Position numbers and translations under genes: made by a program. From the sequence record SRR20825006_2950: a stretch of DNA of 33,047 nt; one strand, 5' to 3'. How positions within the stretch are numbered: position 1 is the first letter of the stretch; the number at the start of each line of letters is the position of its first letter. This document shows, piece by piece, positions 17,264-25,002 of this stretch. The notes beneath the pieces were generated by a model. It saw only the letters and a program-made list of their open reading frames with translations. It did not search any database and had not been told where the DNA came from.

Positions 17264-17284
17264 TTGGCACGGATTTTGTATAGT
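17264..17284 (+). promoter_or_regulatory. Sigma54 -24/-12-like site overlapping a putative -10 element upstream of rpoN
   Basis: TTGGCACGGATTTTGTA versus consensus TGGCACG-N4-TTGC (GT in place of GC at -12); overlaps TATAGT (17279-17284). Confidence 0.6.
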
Positions 17285-17363
17285 GCGACTTGAATGTCTG
17301 GGCTCACCTATGGCATTTTGTCCAATGTAATTGGTTGATTTGCCCAAAGGAGCACTGATCGGC

Positions 17364-18875
17364 ATGGCCATTGGCCCAAGATTGGACATTAGACAATCGC
17401 AGACACTTGCGCTGACCCCGCAATTGATGCAGTCGATCAAGCTGTTGCAGCTCTCGCACACTGAACTTTCGCAATTTGTTGAAGATGAATTGCTACGCAA
17501 TCCGTTGTTGGAGCGGGATGATAGTGGTGATGGCGGTCCGGATGAGGGCGCGAGCGATGGCGATGCCACGCCCCGGCGGGAAGAATATGATATTGACGTG
17601 TCCAGCCGCGCTGACAATTTAGGCAGCGCCGTTTCGGTGGCGGAGGATATGGACACAGATGTGGCCAACCTCTACCCCGAGCAGGTGGGGCAGGACAGTC
17701 TTTCCCAATCGCTCGCCTGGCCAGAAGGCAAGCACACAAGCGGCAGCCAAGACGGGGCCGATTTTGAGCAATTTGCTGCGGGCAGCAAAACACTTAATGA
17801 CCATTTGATTGAGCAGATTTCGCTGATCCTCAAACATCCCGGCGACATGCTGATCGCCAGTGCGTTGATCGAAAATTTGAATGAAATGGGCTATGTGGAT
17901 GCGCCGTTGGAGCAGATTGCGGACCAGTTGGGCACCGAGCTTGGCCATGTCGAAGCTGTTCTTGAAGCCATTCAAGGTTGCGATCCGCTGGGCATTTTTG
18001 CCCGCGACTTGCCCGAATGTCTATCCATCCAATTGCGCGAACGTGATCGGCTGGACCCGATGATGCAGGCCTTGCTGGCGAATTTGGATTTACTGGCAGC
18101 ACACAAAATCACCGAACTGCAAAAGCTTATTGGTGCAGATGCGGAAGATTTGGGCGATATGCTTACCGAAATTCGCCGTTTGGACCCACGCCCTGGTCGC
18201 GCATTTGAAGGCGGCAATGTGCAGGCGATTGTGCCCGACGTGTTTATCCGCCAAGGCAACAATAAAGAATGGGTGATTGAGCTGAACCAAGAGGTATTGC
18301 CCAAAGTGTTGGTCAACCGCACCTATTTGGCCAGCGTGAGCGCCAGCGCCAAAAAGGGTGAAGACAAAACCTATTTGTCAAAATGTTTGCAAACCGCCAA
18401 TTGGCTAACCAAAAGCCTTGATCAACGGGCGCAAACCATTTTGAAGGTGACCAAAGAAATTGCAAGACAGCAGGACGGCTTTTTGCATCATGGTGTGTCG
18501 CATCTCAAACCGATGACGTTGAAAATGGTCGCCGAAGAAATTGAGATGCATGAGAGCACCATTTCGCGGGTGACCAGCAATAAATATGTCAGCACGCCGC
18601 GGGGGCTTTTTGAACTGAAATATTTCTTCACCTCGGCCATCCACTCCGCCAGCGGCGCAGCAGACCATTCGGCAGAAGCGGTGAAATATCGGATCAAACA
18701 ATTAATCGATGCGGAAGACCCGAAGAAAATTCTGTCTGACGACAAGATTGCCGCAATTTTGAACAAAGAGCAAAGCATGGATGTGGCGCGGCGCACCGTG
18801 GCCAAATATCGTGAAGCGATGGGCATTGCTTCTTCAGTGATGCGGCGGCGGCAAAAGCGGGAATTGGTGCGTTAA
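17364..18875 (+). CDS. rpoN: RNA polymerase sigma-54 factor
   Basis: QTLALTPQLMQSIKLLQL, MHESTISRVT, RpoN box ARRTVAKYRE; start ATG17364 behind AAGGAG. Confidence 0.98.
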   Translation: MAIGPRLDIRQSQTLALTPQLMQSIKLLQLSHTELSQFVEDELLRNPLLERDDSGDGGPDEGASDGDATPRREEYDIDVSSRADNLGSAVSVAEDMDTDVANLYPEQVGQDSLSQSLAWPEGKHTSGSQDGADFEQFAAGSKTLNDHLIEQISLILKHPGDMLIASALIENLNEMGYVDAPLEQIADQLGTELGHVEAVLEAIQGCDPLGIFARDLPECLSIQLRERDRLDPMMQALLANLDLLAAHKITELQKLIGADAEDLGDMLTEIRRLDPRPGRAFEGGNVQAIVPDVFIRQGNNKEWVIELNQEVLPKVLVNRTYLASVSASAKKGEDKTYLSKCLQTANWLTKSLDQRAQTILKVTKEIARQQDGFLHHGVSHLKPMTLKMVAEEIEMHESTISRVTSNKYVSTPRGLFELKYFFTSAIHSASGAADHSAEAVKYRIKQLIDAEDPKKILSDDKIAAILNKEQSMDVARRTVAKYREAMGIASSVMRRRQKRELVR

Positions 18876-18885
18876 ACAACAGGCT

Positions 18886-19824
18886 TTAAGAAAAGACCGT
18901 CCAATCCATCTGATTAGTGACATATTCCAGCATTTTTGTGCCGATATAGGAATTGCCATTACGATCCAGACCAGGCGACCACACGGCGATAGAGGCGATG
19001 CCCGGCACAGCGGCCAAAATCATGCCGCTGACACCCGATTTGGCGGGCAAGCCGACGCGATAGGCGAAATCGCCTGAACCATCATAATGGCCGCAAGTCA
19101 GCATGATCGCCGCAATCCGCCGCGCCCGTTTCATGGACACCATTTGCTGCCGGTTTGGCCCCAATGTGCCCGCGAACGCCAGAAAGCGGCCAGCGCGGGA
19201 GAGCTGAGCGCAATCCATGGTGAGAGCGCATTGATTGTAATAAACGCCCAGCGTGTGTTCGACCGGGTTATGAAGATTGCCGCATGAGGCAAGATAATGG
19301 GCGAGCGCGCGGTTGCGGTGACCTGTTTCTTCCTCTGAACGCGCCACTTTGCCATCAATGAAAATCTGATCGTCACCTGCAAGGCCTTGCACAAAGCGCA
19401 CAATTTCACCCAAAGCTTCTTTGGGCTGATAGGTGGCCAAAGTGGCGTCAGTCACCACAATTGCGCCCGCATTTACGAATGGATTGCGCGGAATGCCGTT
19501 TTCATGTTCGAGCTGCAAGATCGAGTCAAAGGCCGACCCTGATGGTTCTCGCCCCACCCGCGCCCATAAATTGTCGCCTAACGTGCCCAAACATAAAGCC
19601 AGGGTAAACACTTTTGAAATGGATTGAATGGTGTTGGGTTGCTGCCAATCGCCAGCGCCGATGGTTTCGCCATTGTCCAAGGTGATGGCGATGCCAGCCT
19701 TTTGCGGATCGGCCTTTGCCAGTTCGGGAATATATTGCGCAACTTTGCCCCGTTCCTCAGATTGATGCGCCAAGTTTATGGCGTCGTCCAACACGGTTTG
19801 CAGCTTTTTCAGATTTTGCGTCAT
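18886..19824 (-). CDS. glsA: Glutaminase
   Basis: GKVAQYIPELA, IQSISKVF (catalytic SxxK), VGREPSG, PRNPFVNAGA, YDGSGDFAYRVGLPAKSGVSG, SPGLDRNGNS; start ATG19824 behind AAGGGAG. Confidence 0.95.
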   Translation of the reverse strand: MTQNLKKLQTVLDDAINLAHQSEERGKVAQYIPELAKADPQKAGIAITLDNGETIGAGDWQQPNTIQSISKVFTLALCLGTLGDNLWARVGREPSGSAFDSILQLEHENGIPRNPFVNAGAIVVTDATLATYQPKEALGEIVRFVQGLAGDDQIFIDGKVARSEEETGHRNRALAHYLASCGNLHNPVEHTLGVYYNQCALTMDCAQLSRAGRFLAFAGTLGPNRQQMVSMKRARRIAAIMLTCGHYDGSGDFAYRVGLPAKSGVSGMILAAVPGIASIAVWSPGLDRNGNSYIGTKMLEYVTNQMDWTVFS

Positions 19825-20154
19825 ATGGCTCCCTTTATTGTGCAACTTCAACAAATTAATGCTGGAACCACAACCCAGAAAGATGAGTTTTGTCCCCTTG
19901 CAAGCACGATTTTTGAACACCACATAATCTAATGGATACGCAAGAAAGCCTTTCCCGGAAGGGCATGAAGATGTCGGAAATTTTAAAAGGAAATTTGGCA
20001 AACCAATCGGCCACAATTTACTGCATTTGCACGCAACGCACCAAATCAATATGGAGCGAATGTTAGTGCCTTTTTTCATCATTTGGAAGGGCTTGAGAGG
20101 CGATAATCCGTATTAGAGGTGATTGCATCGCACCGCGAAGCGGCGTTAAAATAA

Positions 20155-20196
20155 TTGACAGAGGTCAATTCACCTCGGCGAAAACGCCCTTAATAT
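20155..20196 (+). promoter_or_regulatory. FNR/FixK-type box and -10 element upstream of hpf
   Basis: TTGAC-AGAG-GTCAA (20155-20168), extending to the inverted repeat AATTGAC-N4-GTCAATT; TAATAT at 20191-20196. Confidence 0.6.
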
Positions 20197-20221
20197 AAGC
20201 AATAGAGAAAGGGGTATATAT

Positions 20222-20791
20222 ATGAGCCTACGTGTTTCTGGAAAAAATATGGATGTTGGCGATTCACTTCGCACAAAAGCGCATGACCATTTGGAATCTG
20301 CGATCACCAAATATTTTGATGGTGGTTATGATGGTCATCTCACCCTTGAACATGAAGGTACCCGCTTCAATGCGGACGTGGTCGTTCACCTAGACACCGG
20401 CGTTGTTTTGCAAGCCGGGGCCGACGCTGGCGATGCCGTTTCTGCCTTTGAAGATGCTGCAGGGCATATTGAAAAGCGGTTGCGCCGCTATAAGCGCAAA
20501 CTAAAGAATCACCGTCGTAATGCACAGACGGACAAGTTCAAAGCACAATCCTATATTCTTGCCTCACCTGAAAAAGAAGAGGAAGTTGAAGAAGACTTCA
20601 ATCCAGCCATTATTGCGGAAACAACTGATAATCTTCACACAATGAGCGTTGGTGAAGCCGTTATGGAGCTGGATTTGGCGCAAAGCGACGTAATTGTTTT
20701 TAGACATGCTGGACATGGCGGCGTTAATGTGGTTTACCGTCGCGCTGATGGGAATGTTGGCTGGGTGGACCCAGCCCTTGAGAACAAGTAA
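20222..20791 (+). CDS. hpf: Ribosome hibernation promoting factor (long HPF/RaiA)
   Basis: MSLRVSGKNMDVGDSLR, IEKRLRRYKRKLK, C-terminal MSVGEAVMELD...NVVYRRADGNVGWVDP. Confidence 0.95.
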   Translation: MSLRVSGKNMDVGDSLRTKAHDHLESAITKYFDGGYDGHLTLEHEGTRFNADVVVHLDTGVVLQAGADAGDAVSAFEDAAGHIEKRLRRYKRKLKNHRRNAQTDKFKAQSYILASPEKEEEVEEDFNPAIIAETTDNLHTMSVGEAVMELDLAQSDVIVFRHAGHGGVNVVYRRADGNVGWVDPALENK

Positions 20792-20831
20792 GCGCTTGTC
20801 CCCTTCGTTGATCACAATGAAAGGCGCATAA

Positions 20832-21299
20832 ATGGAAATCGCACAGATTCTGGCGAGCAAGGCCATCTTGCCTTGCGCGAAAGTCACGTGCAAACGCCAG
20901 CTTTTGCAGCTTGCTGCAGAGCAGGCCAGTGAGTTGGTGGGCATTGATGCCCACCAGATTTTTGAAACGCTGCAAGAACGTGAACAATTAGGCTCCACCG
21001 GTTTGGGCGAAGGCATTGCCATTCCACATGGCAAGCTGAAAGGCCTCGACGGTGTGCACTGCATTCTTATTCGGCTCGAGCATGGCATCGAGTTTGATGC
21101 GGTAGACGATAAGCCTGTAGATTTGGCTTTTGTGCTGTTGGCCCCACAAGGGTCAGGCGCGGACCATTTGAAAGCATTGTCGCGCATTGCTCGTTTGACC
21201 CGTACACCGGGCTTGATGGAACGCTTGCGTCAGTTGAGCAGCACCAGTGATATTCATGAGTTTTTGACCCGCGAAGCGGAAGAAACAAACGCCGCATAA
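20832..21299 (+). CDS. ptsN: PTS EIIA-Ntr
   Basis: REQLGSTGLGEGIAIPHGK (phospho-His), FDAVDDKPVDL, GADHLKALSRIAR. Confidence 0.95.
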   Translation: MEIAQILASKAILPCAKVTCKRQLLQLAAEQASELVGIDAHQIFETLQEREQLGSTGLGEGIAIPHGKLKGLDGVHCILIRLEHGIEFDAVDDKPVDLAFVLLAPQGSGADHLKALSRIARLTRTPGLMERLRQLSSTSDIHEFLTREAEETNAA

Positions 21300-21322
21300 A
21301 TTTCTGCAGCGGACCGCACATT

Positions 21323-21368
21323 AAAAAAGCACATTCACAGGGAGGGACGTGAATGTGCTTTTTCTTTT
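21323..21368. terminator. Bidirectional terminator hairpin between ptsN and DUF1150
   Basis: 15-bp stem AAAAAGCACATTCAC / GTGAATGTGCTTTTT with 10-nt loop AGGGAGGGAC. Confidence 0.85.
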
Positions 21369-21383
21369 GGGGTTTGGAAAATT

Positions 21384-21650
21384 CTAGTGGCGCAACGCCA
21401 TATCCATGCCCGCTTCGTCTAGCCAATTGGCCAGTGACCGTTTGTCATCTGTGACCAAAAGCGGCGTGCCGTCGGCACCGAAAAGGGCCTCAAACACTTG
21501 CGCCTCTGGCGCATTTTTCGCTTCTGGCAAAAATGCTTTCAATTCTTTGCCGGTCAAACGACGACGATAAACAATGTCCTCGCCGCCAAGTGCCAAGAAT
21601 TCTTCAACGCTAAAGGGTGCGTTGGTCGGTGTTTTTTCGATATGTGCCAT
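21384..21650 (-). CDS. DUF1150 family protein
   Basis: FSVEEFLALGGEDIVY, ALFGADGTPLLV, C-terminal His; follows Hsp20 as commonly seen in alphaproteobacteria; start ATG21650 behind GAGGAGG. Confidence 0.75.
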   Translation of the reverse strand: MAHIEKTPTNAPFSVEEFLALGGEDIVYRRRLTGKELKAFLPEAKNAPEAQVFEALFGADGTPLLVTDDKRSLANWLDEAGMDMALRH

Positions 21651-21694
21651 AAGACACCTCCTCAAAACGCATTACTATTTAGATACGCAGCCCG

Positions 21695-22117
21695 CTACTC
21701 AGCGGTTTTAATTTCGATGCGCCGTGCCACTTTTTCGACATTTGGGCGCACCAAAGCGATGTTCAAAAGACCATCTTTCAGTGCTGCGCCTTCAACGCGC
21801 ATGCCGTCTGCCAGCAAGAAGCTGCGTTGGAATTGGCGCGCGGCAATGCCACGGTGCAGAAATTCGCGGTTGGGGTCATCCTGCTGGCGGCCCCGAATGA
21901 GGAGTTGATTATCTTCCAGCGTGATTTCCAGCTCGTCTTGGGTGAAACCCGCAACGGCGACGGAGATGTGGAACTGTTCTGCTCCATCCTCGTCGGAAAT
22001 ACGCTCAATATTATATGGGGGATATCCATCAGCCGCCTTCGCCAAGCGATCTAGGCGTTGCTCAATTTCATCAAAACCAAGCAGGAAGGGCGACGAGAAA
22101 AAAGACATTCTGGACAT
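21695..22117 (-). CDS. Small heat shock protein (Hsp20/IbpA-like)
   Basis: SPFLLGFD, YPPYNIE, AVAGF, FLHRGIAARQFQRSF, LKDGLL; start 22117 (or 22123). Confidence 0.95.
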   Translation of the reverse strand: MSRMSFFSSPFLLGFDEIEQRLDRLAKAADGYPPYNIERISDEDGAEQFHISVAVAGFTQDELEITLEDNQLLIRGRQQDDPNREFLHRGIAARQFQRSFLLADGMRVEGAALKDGLLNIALVRPNVEKVARRIEIKTAE

Positions 22118-22221
22118 ATTCATCCTTTCGCTTGCAGGCCGACCTTCGCGCCCGCATCTGTTCTTTTAAAGCAACATAGTTGGCCAAACCCAAAATGGCA
22201 TTTGGCGCCAGCTTGGTTTAA

Positions 22222-22250
22222 ATATGGGCGTGACAATGTTTGAATTCAAG
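22222..22250 (-). promoter_or_regulatory. Sigma32 (RpoH) heat-shock promoter of Hsp20
   Basis: Minus strand CTTGAA-16 nt-CCCATAT, a near-consensus RpoH promoter about 100 nt upstream of the sHSP start. Confidence 0.8.
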
Positions 22251-22336
22251 AGCGGCAAATAGAATTGACCCGAACAGCGCCGTTTCGCGTATAATCCATC
22301 TCATCATTGATTTGCCGTGCTTAAGCGAGTTACTTT

Positions 22337-23182
22337 ATGTCTCCCCTCATCTCCATTGTTATGCCCGCTTATCGCTGCACCAACACGCTGACAGAAAGCG
22401 TGCAAAGCGCTATGGCACAGACCTATGACAATTGGGAACTGGTGATCAGCATTGATGATGGTGAGGATTATGCTGCGCTTTTGGCGGAGCATGGCTTTAA
22501 TGATGACCGTATCCGATTTGTAGATACCGGGGGGATGGGCACCGGATCATCCAATGCGCGCAATGTGGGCGTTGCTGCTGCGCGATCTAATTATATCGCA
22601 GTGTTAGACGCTGACGATCTTTTCACCGCAGATAAACTGGAAATCGCCGTTCCTTTTTTGAAGGAACATCCCCTTATCTCTACGGGGCTACAAGTGACCG
22701 ACAGCAAATTGGCACCATTGCGTCAAGTCGGCGTGACCCAGGATCATCGGATTTTGCCTGCCGGGCGCTATAAATGGACGAATTTATCTATGGACAGCAT
22801 GATCCTTTACGATCGTGAACGTTTGCCCATTGAATATGACAAAGACCAGCCTTGTTTGGTGGATTTGGATTTAATCCTTAAAGCCTTTTGCCACACCGAT
22901 TATTGCTATCATATCGGCCAGCCGTTGCACCTTTATCGCAAGCAGGCGGTCTCCATCAGCAATGGCCCGGAATCAACGGATAAGTTTGCCAAAATAAAGC
23001 GTATGCTAATCAAGCGTATCGAATCAAAATACTATGAATTTGCAGATTTTGAGAAAAGTGCGGCTGGATTTCTGCAATTTTTACAAACCTCTCTCGCCAC
23101 TGAATTGCAGTTTACGCAACAATCTCATGACAATCCCGGCTTATTGTTTGAAGACTTGTTGGAATCAAGGTTAAGCCCTTGA
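22337..23182 (+). CDS. Glycosyltransferase family 2
   Basis: LISIVMPAY, QTYDNWEL..IDDG, SNARNVGV, YIAVLDADD (DxD). Confidence 0.88.
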   Translation: MSPLISIVMPAYRCTNTLTESVQSAMAQTYDNWELVISIDDGEDYAALLAEHGFNDDRIRFVDTGGMGTGSSNARNVGVAAARSNYIAVLDADDLFTADKLEIAVPFLKEHPLISTGLQVTDSKLAPLRQVGVTQDHRILPAGRYKWTNLSMDSMILYDRERLPIEYDKDQPCLVDLDLILKAFCHTDYCYHIGQPLHLYRKQAVSISNGPESTDKFAKIKRMLIKRIESKYYEFADFEKSAAGFLQFLQTSLATELQFTQQSHDNPGLLFEDLLESRLSP

Positions 23183-23342
23183 TCATTCAGACAAGATTCA
23201 GAGAAGAATTTACAAAAAGTAAGTCCCGTCAGACAATTTCAGCAAAATTTTTTTGATTTGCTGTTGCAACTCAAAGAAAAACCGTCTTTTCTCTCCTCTG
23301 CATGCACTAACTGCGTGCAATGATATTGGAGGGAACATTATC

Positions 23343-24938
23343 ATGAAAAAATTCGGAAAGTTGCTGGCAGCAACAGCCCTTATGGGGTTGATGGCTGGTA
23401 GCGCTTACGCAAAAACACTAGTATACTGCTCTGAGGGTTCACCAGAAGGTTTTGACGTTGCACCATATACTGCTGGTACAACATTTGACGCGTCTTCTAA
23501 GCCGCTTTACAACCGCTTGGTTGAATTTAAGCGCGGTACTTCACAAGTACAGCCTGGTTTGGCTGAAAGCTGGGAAGTGTCTGAAGATGGTCTTGAGTAC
23601 ACTTTCAACTTGCGTAAAGGCGTGAAGTTCCACACAACGAGCTTCTTTACACCTACACGTGACTTTAACGCTGATGACGTGTTGTTCTCATTCAACCGTC
23701 AGCGTTTGGCTGACCACGCATGGTATGAATATGTGCCAGGCATTTCATGGGAATACTTCAACGGTATGTCCATGCCAGACTTGATCAAGGACATTGAGAA
23801 AGTTGACGACTACACAGTTAAGTTTGTGTTGAACCGTCCTGAAGCACCAATGATTGCAAACCTTGCAATGGACTTTGCTTCAATTCTTTCTGCCGAATAT
23901 GCTCAGCAACTTGAAGAAGCTGGTACAAAAGAATTGTTGAACCAAGAGCCTGTTGGCACTGGTCCATTCCAATTCGTTGCTTACCAAAAAGATGCTGTGA
24001 TCCGCTATGCTGCACACGCAGACTACTGGAACGGCAAACAGCCTATCGATGACCTTGTGTTCGCGATTACAACAGACGCTGCTGTTCGCGCGCAAAAGTT
24101 GAAGGCTGGTGAGTGTCACGTGGCACCATATCCAAACCCTGCTGACATTGAGAGCCTCGCCGCTGACGAAAACCTCGTCATGATGGAACAACAAGGCTTG
24201 AACGTTGGCTATTTGGCATACAACACACAAGTTGCACCATTCGACAACACCAACGTACGTAAAGCGTTGAACATGGCTATCAATAAGCAAGCCATTTTGG
24301 ACGCCGTGTTCCAAGGTGCTGGTGAAGCAGCTAAAAACCCAATTCCACCTACCATGTGGTCATACAACAACGCTGTTGAAGATGACGCATATGATCCTGA
24401 AAAAGCCAAAGCTATGCTTGAAGCTGAAGGCGTTTCAGACCTTTCAATGGAAATCTGGGCAATGCCTGTTCAGCGTCCATACAACCCGAACGCACGTCGT
24501 ATGGCTGAAGTTATTCAGGCTGACTTTGCGAAAATCGGTGTAGACGTTCAGATCGTTTCTTACGAATGGGGCGAGTATCTTGCACGCTCTAAAGAAGTTG
24601 ATCGTGAAGGCGCTGTATTGCTTGGTTGGACTGGTGACAACGGCGATCCAGACAACTTCTTGGCTGTTTTGCTTGGCTGTGATGGCGTAGGCGGCTCTAA
24701 CCGTGCACAGTGGTGTAACGAAGAGTTCGAAGCGTTGATCCAGAAAGCGAAAACAATTTCTGATCAAGAAGAACGCACAAAGCTTTACGAAGAAGCTCAA
24801 GTTGTGTTCAAGCGTGAAGCACCATGGGCAACAATTGCTCACTCAGTTGTATTCATGCCAATGTCTAAGAAAGTCCAAGGCTATGTCATGGACCCATTGG
24901 GCGGCCACTGGTTCGACGGTGTTGATCTTGCCGAGTAA
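23343..24938 (+). CDS. dppA: Dipeptide ABC transporter periplasmic binding protein
   Basis: AKTLVYCSEGSPEGF, WAMPVQRPYNPNA, GWTGDNGDPDNF; start ATG23343 behind GGAGGGA. Confidence 0.96.
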   Translation: MKKFGKLLAATALMGLMAGSAYAKTLVYCSEGSPEGFDVAPYTAGTTFDASSKPLYNRLVEFKRGTSQVQPGLAESWEVSEDGLEYTFNLRKGVKFHTTSFFTPTRDFNADDVLFSFNRQRLADHAWYEYVPGISWEYFNGMSMPDLIKDIEKVDDYTVKFVLNRPEAPMIANLAMDFASILSAEYAQQLEEAGTKELLNQEPVGTGPFQFVAYQKDAVIRYAAHADYWNGKQPIDDLVFAITTDAAVRAQKLKAGECHVAPYPNPADIESLAADENLVMMEQQGLNVGYLAYNTQVAPFDNTNVRKALNMAINKQAILDAVFQGAGEAAKNPIPPTMWSYNNAVEDDAYDPEKAKAMLEAEGVSDLSMEIWAMPVQRPYNPNARRMAEVIQADFAKIGVDVQIVSYEWGEYLARSKEVDREGAVLLGWTGDNGDPDNFLAVLLGCDGVGGSNRAQWCNEEFEALIQKAKTISDQEERTKLYEEAQVVFKREAPWATIAHSVVFMPMSKKVQGYVMDPLGGHWFDGVDLAE

Positions 24939-24960
24939 GGCATAAAGGAAAAGGTTGATT

Positions 24961-24994
24961 GCAGGCGCCCCTTTGTGGCGCCTGCTTTCTTTTT
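24961..24994 (+). terminator. Hairpin/U-tract between dppA and dppB (partial terminator or stabiliser)
   Basis: GCAGGCGCC-CCTTTGT-GGCGCCTGC-TTTCTTTTT. Confidence 0.75.
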
Positions 24995-25002
24995 ATACGA
25001 AC

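Noticed and set aside
19998-20013. Sigma54 promoter for glsA (TGGCCGATTGGTTTGC on the minus strand)
   Set aside because: GG-to-GC spacing is 11 nt rather than the strictly required 10.
19825-20082. 86-aa N-terminal extension of glutaminase in the ORF track
   Set aside because: Family similarity begins at MTQNLKK, which has a good RBS. Similar over-long starts were trimmed for tctC, eutB, argE, mscL, lptA, rpoN, dppA, dppB and the DadA-like gene.
23343-24938. Distinct codon usage of dppA suggesting horizontal transfer
   Set aside because: The pattern (GCT, CGT, AAC, TTC, TAC) fits high-expression bias, and the gene sits in an intact dppABCDF operon.
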